This document shows, piece by piece, positions 1-8,717 of a stretch of DNA of 57,247 nucleotides (positions are counted from its first letter, which is position 1; each line of letters begins with the position of its first letter). Made by a program: the position numbers and the translations under genes. The notes under the pieces are model-generated. The model made no database searches, was not told the origin of the DNA, and worked only from the letters and a program-made list of their open reading frames with translations. Source of the stretch: Acidobacteriota bacterium. GTDB lineage: Bacteria > Acidobacteriota > Thermoanaerobaculia > Multivoradales > UBA5704. The DNA is taken from assembly GCA_040005235.1 (NCBI GenBank), contig JBDTZG010000034.1, positions 1-57,247 on the forward strand, given 5' to 3'.

Positions 1-90
1 GGCTCAGTGGACCTGAACCTCAGGAAAACGGCCCTTCTGCCACGGGCTGCTAGGACTGAACACGGTTCCCCTAGTGCTACAATTCCTTTG

Positions 91-396
91 ATGGAAACAG
101 CATACGTTGAGAGACTCGACGGCGGCTATCGGCTGAGCGGAACGCGCGTGTCGCTCGACTCGATCGTGCATGCGTTCTGGCGTGGAGAGACGGCGGAGAG
201 CATCGCCCAGGCTTTTCCGCCGGTACCTCTCGAGCAGATATACGGCGCATTGGCGTTCTACCTCGCGCATCGGAGCGAAGTGGACGCCAACCTCGCGCAG
301 GCCGACGCGGCGTTCGCTGTGCTCCGCAACGAAGCCAAGCGGCGAGATCCGATGTTCTTCCAACGCTTGGCTGACGCGCGTCGACGCGCCGCCTGA
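91..396 (+). CDS. DUF433-family protein (putative antitoxin)
   Basis: Contains GTRVSLDSIVHAFWRGETAESIAQAFPPVPLEQIYGALAFYLAH, typical of DUF433. ATG at 91 lies 7 nt after TGCTACAAT. Paired with the downstream PIN-like gene. Confidence 0.85.
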   Translation: METAYVERLDGGYRLSGTRVSLDSIVHAFWRGETAESIAQAFPPVPLEQIYGALAFYLAHRSEVDANLAQADAAFAVLRNEAKRRDPMFFQRLADARRRAA

Positions 397-404
397 CTCC
401 TAGC

Positions 405-755
405 GTGAGGGTTCGATTTCAGGCGGATGCCGATCTCAACCAGACCATCCTGATCGCGACTCTGCGCCAGCAACCGGCGGTCGATTTTCGAACGGCGATC
501 TCGGCAGGTCTGCCGGGTGTGCCCGACCCTGAAGTGTTGGCAGCAACCGCACGGGATGGTCGCCTGCTCGTAACTCACGATCGCCGGACCATGCCGATTC
601 ACTTCGGGGAGTTCATTCTTCGCGAAACCAGCCCTGGGCTCCTGCTGATACCGCAGTCTCTCCCGATTGCGGTCGCGGTCGAGGAACTGCTGCTGATCTG
701 GTCCGTGACTGAAGCAGAGGAGTGGGTGAACCGAATCTGTGTCTTGCCTCTATGA
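405..755 (+). CDS. DUF5615-family PIN-like protein (putative toxin)
   Basis: Motifs RFQADADL...DPEVLAATARDGRLLVTHDRRTM. Usual partner of DUF433. Confidence 0.85.
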   Translation: MRVRFQADADLNQTILIATLRQQPAVDFRTAISAGLPGVPDPEVLAATARDGRLLVTHDRRTMPIHFGEFILRETSPGLLLIPQSLPIAVAVEELLLIWSVTEAEEWVNRICVLPL

Positions 756-965
756 CGCTGCTCGAGGGCGGCTGGGCGGAAGGGGTCGGTAGGAAGAAAA
801 ACCCGCGGCTCAACCGCCGGACACCGACAGGACGGAGGGAATCGCCCCTCCCGGGCTTCCTCACACTGCTCCGTGGATCGAATTGAGCCATACGACGGAC
901 TCGGACACCCGTCCGCCGGCCCACGGCAGTGGTTGCCAGATCTCGCACACTACTCCGTTGACCCA

Positions 966-1385
966 GAGGAATACTCCTGAGGTCGAGCGGAGTGCTCCTG
1001 GGTTCTAGCGGAGCATTCCTGAGGCCGAGAGGAGCGTTCCTGGGGTTCAGCGGAATGTTCCTTAGGTCTGGCGGAATGTTCCTGGGTGCCAGCGGAATGT
1101 TCCTGAGGTCGCGCGGAATGCTCCTTAGAACCAGCGGAGTATTCCTGAGGTCCTGAGGAATATTCCTGCGCGCTAGCGGAATCTTCCTGAGATTCAGAGG
1201 AGTAATCCTGAGGCCCAGAGGAATGCTCCTGAGATTTCGCGGAGTATTCCTTAGCCTCCACGGAGTATTCCTGAGGTCGAGCGGAGCATTCCTGAGGTCG
1301 TGCGGAGCATTCCTGAGGTCGTGCGGAGCATTCCTGAGCTCCAGCGGAACGTTCCTGAGCTCCAGAGGAACATTCCGCTAGCCCG
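966..1385. repeat. Tandem array of 20 x 21-bp degenerate units with a palindromic GGARYRYTCC core
   Basis: Units read directly, e.g. gcggagcattcctgaggtcgt. Unit 1 starts at 966 and unit 20 at 1365. The minus strand is open as a QE(C/Y/H/R/D)SxxP-type heptad ORF (950-1450). Confidence 0.95.
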
Positions 1386-1471
1386 GCGGAGTGGTGATTT
1401 TCTCCCGCGCAACACTTCCTCGGCCCGGGGGACCGGTGTCTGCACCGCAAAAACCGCGACGCTCGGCCGAA

Positions 1472-1903
1472 TTACCCCTTGTCGAAGATCTTTTGGGTCT
1501 TACTCACCACGAATCCCTCGCGCTCGTAGAAGCGGTGGGTCCGCTCGCGGACGACGTTGCAGCGGACGCGGACTTTCGGCAACCCGTGGCTCGCCGCCCA
1601 GTCCTCCGCGGCGCGGATGAGCAGCGGACCGACCCCTTGACCGCGCTCGGTGTCTCTTACGACCAGGCCGTAGATCTCGGCGAATGAGTCGCTTTCGACC
1701 ATCTCGATCTTCGCCACGTGGAGCCAACCGACCAGCCGGCCGTCGTGCTCGGCCGCGAACAGTTGTTGGTCCTTGCGGGGTAGTAGGAGGGCGAGCCGCT
1801 CGCGCATCCGCTCCGGCGGGGTCGGATAACCGAGCTGGTCGGAGAGCGAGGCGATTTCTTCCGTGTCGTCGAGGGTCGCTGGGCGGATCGTGGGTTCGCT
1901 CAC
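1472..1903 (-). CDS. GNAT-family N-acetyltransferase
   Basis: Motif A (LVVRDTERGQGVGPLLIRAAE) and C-terminal HRFYEREGF. Overlaps the upstream emfourin stop by 4 nt. Confidence 0.9.
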   Translation of the reverse strand: MSEPTIRPATLDDTEEIASLSDQLGYPTPPERMRERLALLLPRKDQQLFAAEHDGRLVGWLHVAKIEMVESDSFAEIYGLVVRDTERGQGVGPLLIRAAEDWAASHGLPKVRVRCNVVRERTHRFYEREGFVVSKTQKIFDKG

Positions 1904-2229
1904 CGGTCGAGCGGAATCGGCCGAGAGTGTTTTTGGAGCAGAGTGACGAGCGGCGCCACCTCGGGCGGCAGGTCGAGGTCGTCCAGCTCGGTGCGGACGG
2001 TTCCGGAGCTGGTCTCTATCTCGATTTCGTAGTTCGTCAGGTCGCGCGCGGACGAAGCGGCCTTTGGCGCGGGGGTGGCGTCTTTATCCGCGAGGCCACT
2101 GCGCTCGACCAGCCGTTCGAGCTGTGCCCGCTCCCGGCTGTCGAGCGCCTCGGGCACCAACTCGCATCCGCGGATGAATCCGGCGAAGCCCCCCGACTGG
2201 CGAAACCGGATTTTTCGTATCGTCATCAA
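1900..2229 (-). CDS. Emfourin (protealysin inhibitor) family protein
   Basis: IRFRQSGGFAG and RDLTNYEIEIE motifs. Directly downstream of a protealysin-like gene. Confidence 0.85.
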   Translation of the reverse strand: MMTIRKIRFRQSGGFAGFIRGCELVPEALDSRERAQLERLVERSGLADKDATPAPKAASSARDLTNYEIEIETSSGTVRTELDDLDLPPEVAPLVTLLQKHSRPIPLDR

Positions 2230-2272
2230 GGGAGCTTCCTTTCTCGGTGGCCCGAAATGGGCGCCCGGAGGT

Positions 2273-3319
2273 CTAGAAGCCTACATCCTTCCAGGCCTTG
2301 GCGACCGCCTTTTCCTCCGTGCTCCCTACGCCGAACCGCGTGCCCGCCGCCTGCGTGCTCATCGTGACCATGTCGATGAACTGGCTGGTCGAGTGGAGCG
2401 AGCGGAGCGTGTCGTACCAGATCAGCCCGGCCTTCTCCCAAGCATTGCCGCCGAGGGCGGTCGCCACCAGGAAGAACGCGTGGTTCGGAATCCCGGAATT
2501 GATGTGGACGCCGCCCGAGTCCTGGGTCCCATTGTACTTGTCGGCCAGCCGCTTCGGCTGCGGGTCGGTGCCGAGAAGGGGATCGTTCTCATAGGCCTTC
2601 TCGTCCTTGAACGTGCGGAGCGATTTGGCATGCGTCGCCGGGCCCATGATGTCGGGTCCGATCAGCCAGTCGGCCTTGGCGGCCGTCTGCTTCTTTTTCC
2701 ACTGCTTGACCAGCGAACCGAACACGTCGGCGAAATGTTCGTTGAGCGCGCCCGACTCGTTCAGGTACTCAAGGTCGCAGGTGTTGGTGACCACGCCGTG
2801 GGAGAGCTCGTGGCCGACCACGTCGAGCGACTTCGTGAAGCGGATGAAGATCTGGCCGTCGCCGTCGCCGTAGGCCATCTGGCGGCCGTTCCAGAACGCG
2901 TTGTTGTACCGGCTGCCGACGTGGACGCTCGAAACCAGCGGCATGCCGCGGTCGTCGAGCGAGTTGCGGTCGAGCACCTTCTTGTAGAAATCGTAGGTCG
3001 TCCCGGCGTGGTCGTACGCCTCGTTGACCGCCGGGTCCGACGACTTCGGATCGCCCTCGCGGCGGACCAGCTTGCCGGGAAGGAACGTCGAGCCGTTGTT
3101 CTTGTTGTCGTAGACGATCCGGTTTTTCTTGGTGTCCGGGGCAATGAGCGAGGCGCCGGTCGACACCGCGCCGAGCGCGGTGCGGGTGGCGCGCAGAGTG
3201 GCTGACCGGGCGATGGCGTCGATCGCGAGCTTGCGCACCCTCGGATCGCTCGACTCGGCCAGGTGGTCGAGAATGTACGGAGGGAGGATGCAGTGAATCG
3301 GATTAGGGCAGCAGGACAT
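2273..3319 (-). CDS. Protealysin-like M4 metallopeptidase
   Basis: Short propeptide with CILPPY, NNAFWNG, HELSH zinc motif, GALNEHFADVFG and GGVHINSGIPNHAF. Confidence 0.95.
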   Translation of the reverse strand: MSCCPNPIHCILPPYILDHLAESSDPRVRKLAIDAIARSATLRATRTALGAVSTGASLIAPDTKKNRIVYDNKNNGSTFLPGKLVRREGDPKSSDPAVNEAYDHAGTTYDFYKKVLDRNSLDDRGMPLVSSVHVGSRYNNAFWNGRQMAYGDGDGQIFIRFTKSLDVVGHELSHGVVTNTCDLEYLNESGALNEHFADVFGSLVKQWKKKQTAAKADWLIGPDIMGPATHAKSLRTFKDEKAYENDPLLGTDPQPKRLADKYNGTQDSGGVHINSGIPNHAFFLVATALGGNAWEKAGLIWYDTLRSLHSTSQFIDMVTMSTQAAGTRFGVGSTEEKAVAKAWKDVGF

Positions 3320-3525
3320 GGCGATTCTCCTCTCGATGCGCGGGCCGAAAAGACTCGCGCGAGCGCGCGGGCGCTTCGAGCTCTCGAAACTAGACGGCCG
3401 CGTCGGCCGAGTTTTCAGGCGATCGATGGAGGGTAAGTCCGGCCCCGCTCGTTCCTTCGGGTGCTCGGGGATGTGACTTTGTTACAGAGGTGGAGCAAGT
3501 AACTACATCGACTCGGGTTGGAGTC

Positions 3526-4242
3526 TCACGGCGTCTGGGGGTCGGTGGCCCTCTTGCCGGTCTCCTTACCGCATGCCAGCTGCTCGATCAGATCGACTTG
3601 GATCTGCTGCACTTCGAGCAGCTTCTTCCACTGGTGGTGGAGCAGATGGTCGATCCGGCTCGCGATCAAGCGGATTTCCAGCTCCGCTTTAAGGTTGACT
3701 TGATAATCGTTTTCGGCACGCGCCCGATCTTTTTGCTCCTGCCGGTTCTGGCTCATCATGATCACCGGTGCTTGGAGCGCGGCGAGGCAGGAGAGAATCA
3801 AGTTGAGCAGGATGAACGGAAAGGGATCGAACGGCTTGTGCAGCAGGACGTAGGAGTTGGCGGCGATCCAGAGGACCAGGAAGCCGCCGAAGCTCAGGAT
3901 GAACCTCCAGCTGCCGCCGAATTTCGCCACCTTGTCGGCCACCCGCTCGCCGACGGTGGAGCCGCGAGCGAGCTCGGCGTGAACGTTTGAAGACATGAAG
4001 CTCTGCTTCTCGATCACGTCGAGCACTTCGCGTTCGAGATCCGACAGCTCGCCGATCTCGGTTTCGAGCAGCTTCTCGGCCTGGCGCGCCTGATAGCGCG
4101 CGAGGTCCTGCACGCAGATGCTGCTCGTGGGACCCCACTCCGGATTCTCGGTGGCGATCAGCTCGGCGAGCGCCGGCCGGATCAGGTCGGCGCCGATCAG
4201 CTCGCGCTTGGTTTTGCCGCAGACGATGCAGGTGGTGGTCAT
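3526..4242 (-). CDS. DUF1003 membrane protein
   Basis: GERVADKVAKFGGSW, FDPFPFILLNLILSCLAALQAPVIMMSQNRQ and DYQVNLKAELEI. Confidence 0.92.
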   Translation of the reverse strand: MTTTCIVCGKTKRELIGADLIRPALAELIATENPEWGPTSSICVQDLARYQARQAEKLLETEIGELSDLEREVLDVIEKQSFMSSNVHAELARGSTVGERVADKVAKFGGSWRFILSFGGFLVLWIAANSYVLLHKPFDPFPFILLNLILSCLAALQAPVIMMSQNRQEQKDRARAENDYQVNLKAELEIRLIASRIDHLLHHQWKKLLEVQQIQVDLIEQLACGKETGKRATDPQTP

Positions 4243-4940
4243 CGGTGCCTATTTCCGTGGCGTGGCGGATTGTTTGCTCGGTCCGGCGCGGAAACCTCTG
4301 TGTTCTCGAACGGGCGCACGACGGGTTCCGACGCGCTGGGCGTCAGAGTCGGCAACGTGCGGCCACCCCCCAGCGCGCCGAGTGCTTCGTCCAGCTCCGC
4401 CTGCTGCGAATAGGCGTGCAGGCGCCGGTCTTTCTGGTACTTCTCGGCGTGGGCGACCAGCCGATTCATGGTGCGGATATGACGCAGCTCGAACACCCAG
4501 CGGCGTAGCTCCGGATAGACGAAGCCGATCCCGGCCATGACCGGCGCGAGCCCTTTTTCGAAGATCGGGATGAACGGCGCCCACCAGATCAGGCCGCCGA
4601 TCACCAAACCGCCGAGCGCGTAGGCGGCGCGCGAAGCCGGGTCGCCATGCCGCCAGAGGTCGAAATTCGACTGTTCGAGCCGGGTCTGCTCGATCGCGTG
4701 CCTCACATACTGCGGCAAAGAGGCCACCATCACCTCTTTTTCGAGCATCTGCCAATAGCTCCCCAATCCGCCGGCTTCTTCATAGCTCGTGCGGATCTCG
4801 GCGAGCTTCTTGGCCGCGATCTCGTGGAGCTTGCTCTCGGCCTCCGCAGGGAGAAGCGCGCGCCTTTGGTGCTCGCACTCCTGGAGCACGGCGAACAGGA
4901 CGTTGCCGAAATCGAACGAAGTACCGGCGAGGTTGATCAT
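4239..4940 (-). CDS. Hypothetical membrane protein (about 2 TM segments)
   Basis: RBS GGAGG upstream and a hydrophobic hairpin GGLVIGGLIWWAPFIPIFEKGLAPVMAGIGFVY. Coupled to its neighbours. Confidence 0.7.
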   Translation of the reverse strand: MINLAGTSFDFGNVLFAVLQECEHQRRALLPAEAESKLHEIAAKKLAEIRTSYEEAGGLGSYWQMLEKEVMVASLPQYVRHAIEQTRLEQSNFDLWRHGDPASRAAYALGGLVIGGLIWWAPFIPIFEKGLAPVMAGIGFVYPELRRWVFELRHIRTMNRLVAHAEKYQKDRRLHAYSQQAELDEALGALGGGRTLPTLTPSASEPVVRPFENTEVSAPDRANNPPRHGNRHR

Positions 4941-4950
4941 CCGGCCCTCC

Positions 4951-6024
4951 CTATTGGGGCGGCTCGGCGGCTTCGGCCGCTTCCTGGCTCCGCTGGTTGT
5001 AGCGGATCACTCCAAGCTGTTCGAGCAGGCGGTTGCCGTCGATGATCGTGTTGCCGCCGGGGAGCTTCGGGATCTGGCGCAGCTCCTTCTTCTGCAGCGC
5101 CTCGATCAGCTGCAGGTTCACGTAAGCGTCGCCCGCGCTGCCGTTCAACGCGTCGCGTTCGCGGCGGATCCCCTCGGCGCTCGCCTTCTTCTCGGCCAGC
5201 GTCGCGGTCGCCGCCTGTTGGCGCTGCACGAGATAGGCGTCGGCCGCTTTCTGCGCCTGTTGGAATTCGCCGTCGGCGCGGGTCAGTTTTTCAGTCAGCT
5301 CGGCGATCTTCGCCTGGAGGTTCGCCTGGTTCAGCTGCGCCGTCGCCAAGATTTCGGCTTCGAGCTTCTCGGCCTGCTTTTCCGCTTCCTTCCGCTTGTT
5401 GATCAGCGCCTGGTACTCGGCCTTGAACTGGAAATCGCCGAGGAGTACCTGCTCGACCACGACGCCATACGGTTGCAAATGGCCGCCCAAAAGCCGGGTG
5501 GCGTCGGCGGCGGCGGCGAAGCGCTTCGTTGGGTTGTAGAACTCCTCGGAGTCGAGCCGGTTCAGCACGTCGCGCACGTAGGTTCTGGCCTGGGGCCGGA
5601 CCAACCGCTCCTCCACGTCGTCGGTCGAGTTGGCGACGAATTTCCAGACGTAGCCGGCCCGCGTCGGGTCGATCCGCCAACGCACCGTGACGTCGGTCTC
5701 GATGTCATTGCCGTCGCGCGTCTTGAAGCGCAGGTCGTCCTTGCCCGCCCGATCGCCGGAGGTGGCGTTCGCCGTCATCGCGAGATTGCGCAGCGAGATG
5801 TCGAACACCTGCCAGTCGCCGACGATGGGAAAAAAGAAATAGGTCGCTCCCGGCGGGTATTCGGAGTAAGAGCCGGTGAGCTTGTTGAAGCGGACGCCGA
5901 CTTCGGTTGCGCCGGTGTGCGAAGGAAGGCAGCCGCTCAACATCAGAGGAAGCAGAAGCGCCGAGAGCGCGAGCGTCTTCGGGTAGAACTGCGCCCGGAA
6001 GAAGAGGTGAACGAGGGATTTCAT
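4951..6024 (-). CDS. SPFH/band-7 (prohibitin/HflC-like) protein, probable lipoprotein
   Basis: KTRDGNDIETDVTVRWRIDP core, C-terminal coiled coil and lipobox-like LMLSGC. Confidence 0.85.
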   Translation of the reverse strand: MKSLVHLFFRAQFYPKTLALSALLLPLMLSGCLPSHTGATEVGVRFNKLTGSYSEYPPGATYFFFPIVGDWQVFDISLRNLAMTANATSGDRAGKDDLRFKTRDGNDIETDVTVRWRIDPTRAGYVWKFVANSTDDVEERLVRPQARTYVRDVLNRLDSEEFYNPTKRFAAAADATRLLGGHLQPYGVVVEQVLLGDFQFKAEYQALINKRKEAEKQAEKLEAEILATAQLNQANLQAKIAELTEKLTRADGEFQQAQKAADAYLVQRQQAATATLAEKKASAEGIRRERDALNGSAGDAYVNLQLIEALQKKELRQIPKLPGGNTIIDGNRLLEQLGVIRYNQRSQEAAEAAEPPQ

Positions 6025-7061
6025 TCGTGGCCCCCGCCGACGAACTTGTCGAGGTTGGTGGGATCTTCGGTGATGTAGATCGGACCCTGGATGGCGTTCA
6101 ACAGCGCAAGACCGCGGCGCAGACGCAGGAGCTTCGCCGAGCCTGCCCCTTCGAGCGCGCGGTTGATGGCTTCGGTGCCGCTCGCCTCCGCGGTTTTGAC
6201 CAGCAGATCGGCCTCCGCTCGTTTCTGGCGTTGGTAGAGGTCCTTCTTGGCGTTGATCTCGGTAATCTGCGCCTCGAACTCCGAGGTCTTGACGTTCACC
6301 AGGTTCTGTCCTTCGGCGAGGACCTGGTTGAGCCTCGTCTGCACCTCGGCCTGTTTGGTGATCTCGCGGTTGCTCAGGACCGATTGGTCCTGGAGCTTCC
6401 TCTGCTCGGTCAACGTCTGGAAGACCTCCGGGTAGTCGTACTGGCGGACCAGTACGTCCACCAGTTGGAGTCCGTTGGCTTTCAATCTCTCGACCAGCGC
6501 GCCTTTGAGCGCTTTCACCTGAATCAGCCGCTTGGGCTTGTAGAACTCTTCGGCGAGCAACTCGCCGAGAAACTGCTTGGCCAGCGGATCGGTCAGCCGG
6601 ATGACGGCGGCCTCCTCATAGTTCGAGCCGAAGCCGAACTTCGAGACGACCAGGTAGGGATCGGCGATCCGGAACTGGACGGTGACGTCGATGTCCACCG
6701 GATAGCCGTCGACCGTCGGGACTTTGATCGCCGCCATCTGGCGATGCCCCAGCGACTTCTCCTGGGCGTTATTGGTGAACTCGACCACCTGGATGTCGCG
6801 CGGGAAGGTCTCGATCCGCTCGTAGCCGGACACTTCGCGGCGCCAGCCCGGATAGACCGCCTCTTTTTGCAACCCTTTGCTCAGACCGAACGAGATCTGG
6901 CGGATGCCGATCTCGTCCGGCGGCACGTACGTGACGAAGCAGGCCCGCAATAAGAAGATCGGGACGAGCAGGAGCGAGATCCGCTGGCCGATCTTGCCGA
7001 ACCGGCCGCGCAACTGTTGAAGGAATTGGGATTGGACTCGAAAACGCGGGGCGTCAGCCAT
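6021..7061 (-). CDS. SPFH/band-7 domain protein
   Basis: N-terminal TM, YVPPDEIGIR, PTVDGYPVDIDVTVQFRI and coiled-coil tail. Confidence 0.85.
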   Translation of the reverse strand: MADAPRFRVQSQFLQQLRGRFGKIGQRISLLLVPIFLLRACFVTYVPPDEIGIRQISFGLSKGLQKEAVYPGWRREVSGYERIETFPRDIQVVEFTNNAQEKSLGHRQMAAIKVPTVDGYPVDIDVTVQFRIADPYLVVSKFGFGSNYEEAAVIRLTDPLAKQFLGELLAEEFYKPKRLIQVKALKGALVERLKANGLQLVDVLVRQYDYPEVFQTLTEQRKLQDQSVLSNREITKQAEVQTRLNQVLAEGQNLVNVKTSEFEAQITEINAKKDLYQRQKRAEADLLVKTAEASGTEAINRALEGAGSAKLLRLRRGLALLNAIQGPIYITEDPTNLDKFVGGGHE

Positions 7062-7259
7062 GTTCGCTCATACCTCGAAAGATCGGAGCGATCGGGAGGA
7101 GAGTGTTCTCGATCGGTGGCGACGAGTCTAGCGCAAGGGGACCTGCCGCTCCGCTCTTCTCTTAGACACCGCCCTGTGCACGCCGTTTGCAAACTCGGCG
7201 GATTCGAAGCCTTCGCCGCGCCGCTTTGGCCGCTTTGGACCTTGGATTGGAGAGGAACC

Positions 7260-7799
7260 GTGAAACGAACCTACGCCCTGCTCGCCGCCACCTGCTCGCT
7301 CGCCCTGCTGGCCTTCGCCGCGTGGGCGACGCCGGTCCGCACCTCGGGGGGCAAGCCTTATCCGGCTCCGACGCTCCAGTTTCGGACGCTCGACGGCAAG
7401 GAGATCGGCCCCAAAGACTTCGCGGGCAAGGTCGTATTGGTCGACTTTTGGGCCACCTGGTGCGGCTACTGCGCGAAGTCCCGGCCGGAGGTCGAGGCGA
7501 TCACCAAGCGCCACGCCGCCGATCCGTTCGCCCGGATCTCGATCAGCGCCGACTCGACCGAAGAGCCGCTGCGTAAATTCCTGGCTGAGCACCCCCCGAT
7601 GTCGCACCAGATCTGGGACGGAAAAGGTAAGCTCAGCGCCCTGTTCAACGTCCAGGGCCTGCCCACCCATCTCTTGATCGACCCGGCCGGCCAAGTCGTC
7701 CATGCACTGTACGGCTGGCGGGACGGTTATGGACCGGAGCTCGACCAGGCGATCGACGCGGAGCTTGGCAAGCTGAAGCCTGCCCGGGGGAAAGCGTGA
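7260..7799 (+). CDS. TlpA-like thiol-disulfide oxidoreductase, exported
   Basis: GKVVLVDFWATWCGYC and GLPTHLLIDPAG. Signal peptide; GTG start after AGAGGA. Confidence 0.9.
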   Translation: MKRTYALLAATCSLALLAFAAWATPVRTSGGKPYPAPTLQFRTLDGKEIGPKDFAGKVVLVDFWATWCGYCAKSRPEVEAITKRHAADPFARISISADSTEEPLRKFLAEHPPMSHQIWDGKGKLSALFNVQGLPTHLLIDPAGQVVHALYGWRDGYGPELDQAIDAELGKLKPARGKA

Positions 7800-8350
7800 A
7801 TCGAGCCCCCCAACTCCTCGCCGCCTGTTCGGTCGCCGTTCTATCCCTCGCCGCGGCCTTTGCGGCTCCCGTCGTAGTCGAGGCTTCGGCTCCCTACCCT
7901 GCACCGACGCTCGAATTGGCGACCCTCGACGGCCATTTGATCCACGCCAAGGATCTCGCCGGCAAAGTCGTCCTGCTCGATTTCTGGGCCACCTGGTGCG
8001 CCCCCTGCCGCGCGGCCCTGCCGGAGCTGGAGGCGATGACCAAGCGGTACGATCCGGCCAAATTCACCCTGATCTCGGTCAGCGCGGATTTCACCCAGCC
8101 CACGCTTCGCCTGTTCCTCGAACAGCACCCCAGCCCCGCCACCCAGATCTGGGACGGCGACAGCCATCTGCGCAAGCTATACGGGGTAAGAGGTTTCCCT
8201 ACCTATTTCGTGATCGACCCCAAAGGACAAGTCGTCCATCAGCAACTCGATTGGGGGCCGACTTCGGCAGCGATGCTGTCCAAGGCGATTGAGGCACAAC
8301 TGAAAAAGGTCGGATCCGCCGGTCCCGAGACTTCGGTCGCGCGGAAGTAG
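7796..8350 (+). CDS. TlpA-like thiol-disulfide oxidoreductase, exported (tandem paralogue)
   Basis: GKVVLLDFWATWCAPC and GFPTYFVIDPKG. GTGA overlap with the previous gene. Confidence 0.9.
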   Translation: MNRAPQLLAACSVAVLSLAAAFAAPVVVEASAPYPAPTLELATLDGHLIHAKDLAGKVVLLDFWATWCAPCRAALPELEAMTKRYDPAKFTLISVSADFTQPTLRLFLEQHPSPATQIWDGDSHLRKLYGVRGFPTYFVIDPKGQVVHQQLDWGPTSAAMLSKAIEAQLKKVGSAGPETSVARK

Positions 8351-8383
8351 GAAGTAGGGGGATCGGGAGTCCCGGCGATGGCT

Positions 8384-8644
8384 TTACCTGCCGAGCCCCA
8401 GCTCCTCAATCGGTCCGAAATCCAAGATTTTCTCCATCAGGCAGCGCAGCTCCTCGACTGAGTCAATTGCCTGGACTCGCTCCCGAACGTTGGGGGAGAT
8501 TTCCCCGAATCGCTTCCCCAGCATACGGAGTACGTATTGGCGGTGCTGTTCCACGAACGCCATTTCGAGCCCAATCGCAAAGCCCTTTTCGTAACCTCTC
8601 TGCTCACACTCCGCTGCCATCCGCTCGCCCCAGGTCAGCTTCAT
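8384..8644 (-). CDS. Small protein resembling the C-terminal (DUF4351-like) part of Rpn/YhgA-like proteins
   Basis: MKLTWGERM...GYEKG...LRMLGKRFGEISPNVRERVQAIDSVEEL...EELGL, with a GGAGG RBS upstream. Confidence 0.65.
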   Translation of the reverse strand: MKLTWGERMAAECEQRGYEKGFAIGLEMAFVEQHRQYVLRMLGKRFGEISPNVRERVQAIDSVEELRCLMEKILDFGPIEELGLGR

Positions 8645-8717
8645 TTGCCTCCCTTCCTCTGTTTGGGCCGCTTTTGCCCGTGAACACCGCGGGAGGTCGG
8701 CCCTTGAAGCACTGTTC

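Noticed and set aside
966-1385. 21-bp array as a CRISPR array
   Set aside because: The conserved core is only about 10 bp, the 11-nt linkers are related to each other rather than unique spacers, and there are no cas genes in the window.
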